From Promethearchaeota archaeon (GTDB lineage: Archaea > Asgardarchaeota > Hermodarchaeia > Hermodarchaeales > Hermodarchaeaceae), in the NCBI GenBank assembly GCA_048938295.1, contig JBHLMI010000027.1, positions 4,650 to 35,426 of the forward strand: a stretch of DNA of 30,777 nucleotides, read 5' to 3'. This document shows, one piece after another, positions 28,018-30,777 of the stretch; the stretch's first letter is position 1; every line of letters begins with the position of its first letter. A program made the translations under genes and the position numbers. A model generated the notes under the pieces. The model was given only the letters and a program-made list of their open reading frames with translations. It ran no database searches and was not told where the DNA came from.

Positions 28018-29349
28018 ATGAAAACAGATTTCATAACGCGAACGGTATGGTCACGTTTACCGAATATATCTAAAAATTTAGTCAGAAAATTGCGTCGTAT
28101 ATACACAAGAGCAATTAATGTTTTTTTGATTGACTTAGAAGAAAACAAAGGAAGCATCAAAGAAACTTATCACGAACTTCGTAACAATGAATAGTTTTCA
28201 AAATTATCCGCGAAAATGCTTAACCAAGCATCACAGGAAGCATTTGTTTGGTTTAATTTAAGACGAAAGGAGAGAGTTCTAACAGATCAAGAAATACAGA
28301 ATTGGACAAAATGGGCAAAGAAACAAGGCATTGCGAATTTTGATCCCTCACAAAGTCTTCCAAGATTAATTTCTCACTCCGATTATCTTAAAGGACGGCC
28401 AGGAAAAAAACACGGTCAATGGCCGCAGACAGCAATTGATGGTGCACGGTTTTACATTGATTCAATTACGAATAATATTCTAGTGTCAATCGATAAAGTT
28501 GCTAAGAGAACCCAGGTTGTAATTGGTGGAGAACCTGAAAAGCTTCTTCGCCAAGCAATTTCTGGTATACTATCACTGAAAATCGGTTCTTCACGGCTTC
28601 TTGTCAAAGACGGAGTTACACAAATGGCTACTCCTATCCGAGTATCTGTTAATATTCCAGATATTTCAAGCCTTGAACAGCCAACGCTGATAGGTGTGGA
28701 TCTAGGACTAAATACATTAGCTGCTGTGGTTGCGCTAACTTTTGATCGAAGGATCCACCCAGCCAAATCGATCTCTGGAAAACAACTCAAACACCGTTTA
28801 GCATCACTTTGGGCAAAACGAAAAAACGCCGCACGCAAACAAAAATCAGAAAGTATACAAGATATCGATGAAAAGACACAACGAGTAATCCAATATTGGA
28901 TTCATGTGACAGCAAAAGCAGTAATTAACTATGCAAGTCAGTTCCCACATCCAATAATCGTTCTAGAAGATCTTCGAAATTATATTCCAACGAAAAAGCG
29001 AACTCGATGGGCAAGTTCCTCAATGAGAGACCAGCTTAGTAAATGGGCGCGGGGAAGACTCTTTGAAGCAATTTGTATGAAAGCTAGTCTACGTAATTTA
29101 CCTGTAATCAGAGTCAATGCAGCATATTCTTCTCACGTCTGCCCTAGACAATGTCTTTGTCTTCTACCTCAAGGATATTTCGAAGTGTTTCACTGTCCTG
29201 CATGTGGCGCAAAAGTTCCACGAGACATTAGTGCAGCTACTGAAATTGCACGTCGTGGTCTTCATCAGGTTACAGACAATAAAGTGCAGAACTCTAAGGT
29301 TCTTGGCAACGAGAACACATCATCCTTGACCCAATCAGCGGCAGGATGA
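28018..29349 (+). pseudogene. tnpB: TnpB/Cas12f-like nuclease (tnpB2), 443 codons, with in-frame TAG at codon 59 (28192-28194)
   Basis: ORF-track 27973-28194 and 28216-29349 are in the same frame, separated only by TAG. N-terminus MKTDFITRT...YTRAIN; RuvC IGVDLG, VLED, RDISAA; zinc finger CPRQC...CPAC. Confidence 0.7.
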
Positions 29350-29350
29350 T

Positions 29351-29503
29351 CGGGGCTATGGAAAGGGCCCTGAATAGGAGCGGTTAAGACCGTTAAGTAG
29401 TAAATTCTCTTGCTTGGCAAGGGAATTAGTGTAAAGGCATGGATAACCTTCGGCACCGGTCCTCCAAATTGGTATGGAGATTCAATGGCAATCACATTGA
29501 AAC
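29351..29503 (+). ncRNA. Candidate omega-RNA/tracr-like scaffold downstream of tnpB2
   Basis: Five consecutive hairpins directly after the stop, ending in ATTGAAAC. Confidence 0.45.
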
Positions 29504-29668
29504 TCAGATACACACTTTCGGGTATGATGCGAGCAAACAAAACCAGAAATAACTCTGTAGAAAGAAATCTATGGAAAAATACAGACCGAACTAGACTACC
29601 GGTCCAGTTCCCGAAAGGGTACAATCGGAAGTTCAAAAACCTTTGTCCAATTTAGGTGTTCCGATAGG

Positions 29669-30316
29669 TCATGCTTCAGTTAATCTACTGATGGGGAACC
29701 GGATGTAGTAGTAAGGTTTTCCATCTGTGTAATTGACTCTTGGGGATCTCGAAATGATATCGAAATGTTTCTTTAAAAGGCGAACAAGTTCCTTCAGAAA
29801 ATTCTTATCGCGCTGTTTTAACTGAACCCGTTTTCTCGTTAAGGAACCATCCGTGTCAATCAAACCAAACATGTAATGTTTGAAAAGAAATGGATCTTTT
29901 GCAATCAAGGAGGGTACCCTCATATTTTGTTTCTTCCCAGATTGAAAGCCCAATTTATTGAAGAAGAAGTAAGCTGCTGCACGCTGGATGTTTATGGCAT
30001 AGCAGTTCTTCTTTCTCTTATCTCGCAGAACACGCGGTTGAAAATCAAAGAGGTCCTTGACTAGCACCGATAATTGTTTTAGGTAATTTTTCCGACCAAC
30101 AACCTTTACTCGATAATGATAACCGCCTTTCCTTCGTTGGCACTTATTCAGGTTGCCATCACCCGCAACAACACCAGCAAAATATGCAACCTTATCACTA
30201 ATTTCCGGAATTTTTGTCTTTGATTTTTTGGTGCAGATGAAATCCTTCTGAATCCTGTGCCAAACACCTGCTTCATCTAAAGCCTGTGAAATTGAATGTA
30301 TTTTGACACCCTTCAT
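29669..30316 (-). CDS. Free-standing double-motif LAGLIDADG endonuclease-like protein (about 215 aa)
   Basis: YFAGVVAGDGNL and YMFGLIDTDGSL motifs; basic. ATG 30316 is used because the ORF-track start lies within tRNA-Thr. No intein or intron flanks were seen. Confidence 0.8.
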   Translation of the reverse strand: MKGVKIHSISQALDEAGVWHRIQKDFICTKKSKTKIPEISDKVAYFAGVVAGDGNLNKCQRRKGGYHYRVKVVGRKNYLKQLSVLVKDLFDFQPRVLRDKRKKNCYAINIQRAAAYFFFNKLGFQSGKKQNMRVPSLIAKDPFLFKHYMFGLIDTDGSLTRKRVQLKQRDKNFLKELVRLLKKHFDIISRSPRVNYTDGKPYYYIRFPISRLTEA

Positions 30317-30363
30317 TCTTAGTGTGTTCTTTACAAAATTGTCTAAAAACTCGTTATTTGAAA

Positions 30364-30438
30364 TGGAGCCTCCGCCGGGATTTGAACCCGGGACCATTGG
30401 CTTACAAGGCCAACGCACCACCACTATGCTACGGAGGC
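30364..30438 (-). tRNA. tRNA-Thr(TGT), intron-less
   Basis: Acceptor GCCTCCG/CGGAGGC, anticodon stem TTGGC/GCCAA with loop CT-TGT-AA, U73 and CCA. Confidence 0.95.
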
Positions 30439-30540
30439 TTATTTGAAGGTATACCTGCTCAATAGATTAATCATTCGGAGAAGGTGGGTGTGTTTGGAAT
30501 CGGATGCATATAAGCCAAAAAATGTTTTGCCATCCGAGAG

Positions 30541-30579
30541 AGCTGCTGGTCGTGGGTTCAATCCCCGCTCGAGGCTCCA
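30541..30579 (+). tRNA. Orphan tRNA 3' half (nt 38-76), probably Thr(CGT)
   Basis: A-GCTGC-TGGTC-GTGGG-TTCAATC-CCCGC-TCGAGGC-T-CCA. No 5' half in the adjacent sequence; preceded by CGAG-AG (BHB half-site) and followed by a T-rich tract. Confidence 0.7.
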
Positions 30580-30610
30580 TTTTCTTATTTTCAAGTAGAC
30601 TTTCAAGACT

Positions 30611-30617
30611 AAAAAAA
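30611..30617 (-). terminator. Oligo-T terminator after tRNA-Leu
   Basis: T7 run 2 nt downstream of CCA. Confidence 0.55.
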
Positions 30618-30619
30618 GA

Positions 30620-30730
30620 TGGTGCGGGGGCCGGGCTTCGAACCCGGGAACTCCTACGAGACAGGATCTTAAGTCCTGCGCCTTTGACCAAGCTTGGCTG
30701 TGGGGTCTACGAATGGGTAGATACCCCCGC
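30620..30730 (-). tRNA. tRNA-Leu(TAA) with a 23-nt BHB intron at 8/9 (30722-30700)
   Basis: Spliced GCGGGGGT/AGCCAAGCTTGGTCAAAGGCGCAGGACTTAAGATCCTG...CCCCCGCACCA. Strict BHB: GGGG/CCCC helix, bulges GTA and ACA, stem TCTAC/GTAGA. Confidence 0.9.
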
Positions 30731-30777
30731 GGCTTAGTCTTCGGGACGCTGACCCTTGGACAGGTCCCCCGCACAGC

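Noticed and set aside
28150-28230. tnpB2 amber codon lying inside a hidden BHB intron
   Set aside because: No 4-bp helix with 3-nt bulge geometry could be built around the TAG, and the protein shows no apparent insertion.
29500-29620. tRNA-Pro fragments as pieces of a bi- or tri-split tRNA
   Set aside because: All junction registers tested from 17 to 21 failed to give a central BHB helix between the two pieces, and no 3' piece is present.
29350-29668. CRISPR array after tnpB2
   Set aside because: No repeated 25-40 nt unit; ATTGAAAC occurs once.
30439-30774. ORFs 30439-30774, 30467-30691 and 30504-30737, and likewise 941-1156, 15284-15547 and 14389-14598
   Set aside because: They overlap tRNA or SRP genes and translate RNA structure rather than protein-like sequence.

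Overview
Archaeal housekeeping region (TACK/Asgard-like by gene content; the taxon cannot be fixed from this window). It holds translation, tRNA-modification, CoA, proteasome and transcription genes, plus SRP RNA, a stand-alone 5S rRNA, six complete tRNAs, an orphan tRNA 3' half, two solo tnpB genes and a free-standing LAGLIDADG ORF. The main signal is a set of 23-32 nt bulge-helix-bulge (BHB) micro-introns that is not confined to tRNAs. Six lie at non-canonical positions in four tRNAs (8/9, 17/17a twice, 17/18, 30/31, 39/40). One 28-nt intron interrupts the dnaG reading frame, and BHB-rule excision restores the motif QTEGLLGED. One 31-nt intron sits in the SRP RNA Alu domain, and its excision restores a conserved pairing. 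Other leads: a possible split tRNA-Thr(CGT) 3' half; a sequence downstream of tnpB2 that matches the spliced, intron-less tRNA-Pro junction; and two unassigned structured non-coding segments, one with RNase P-like topology. All structures were folded by hand and no searches were run.
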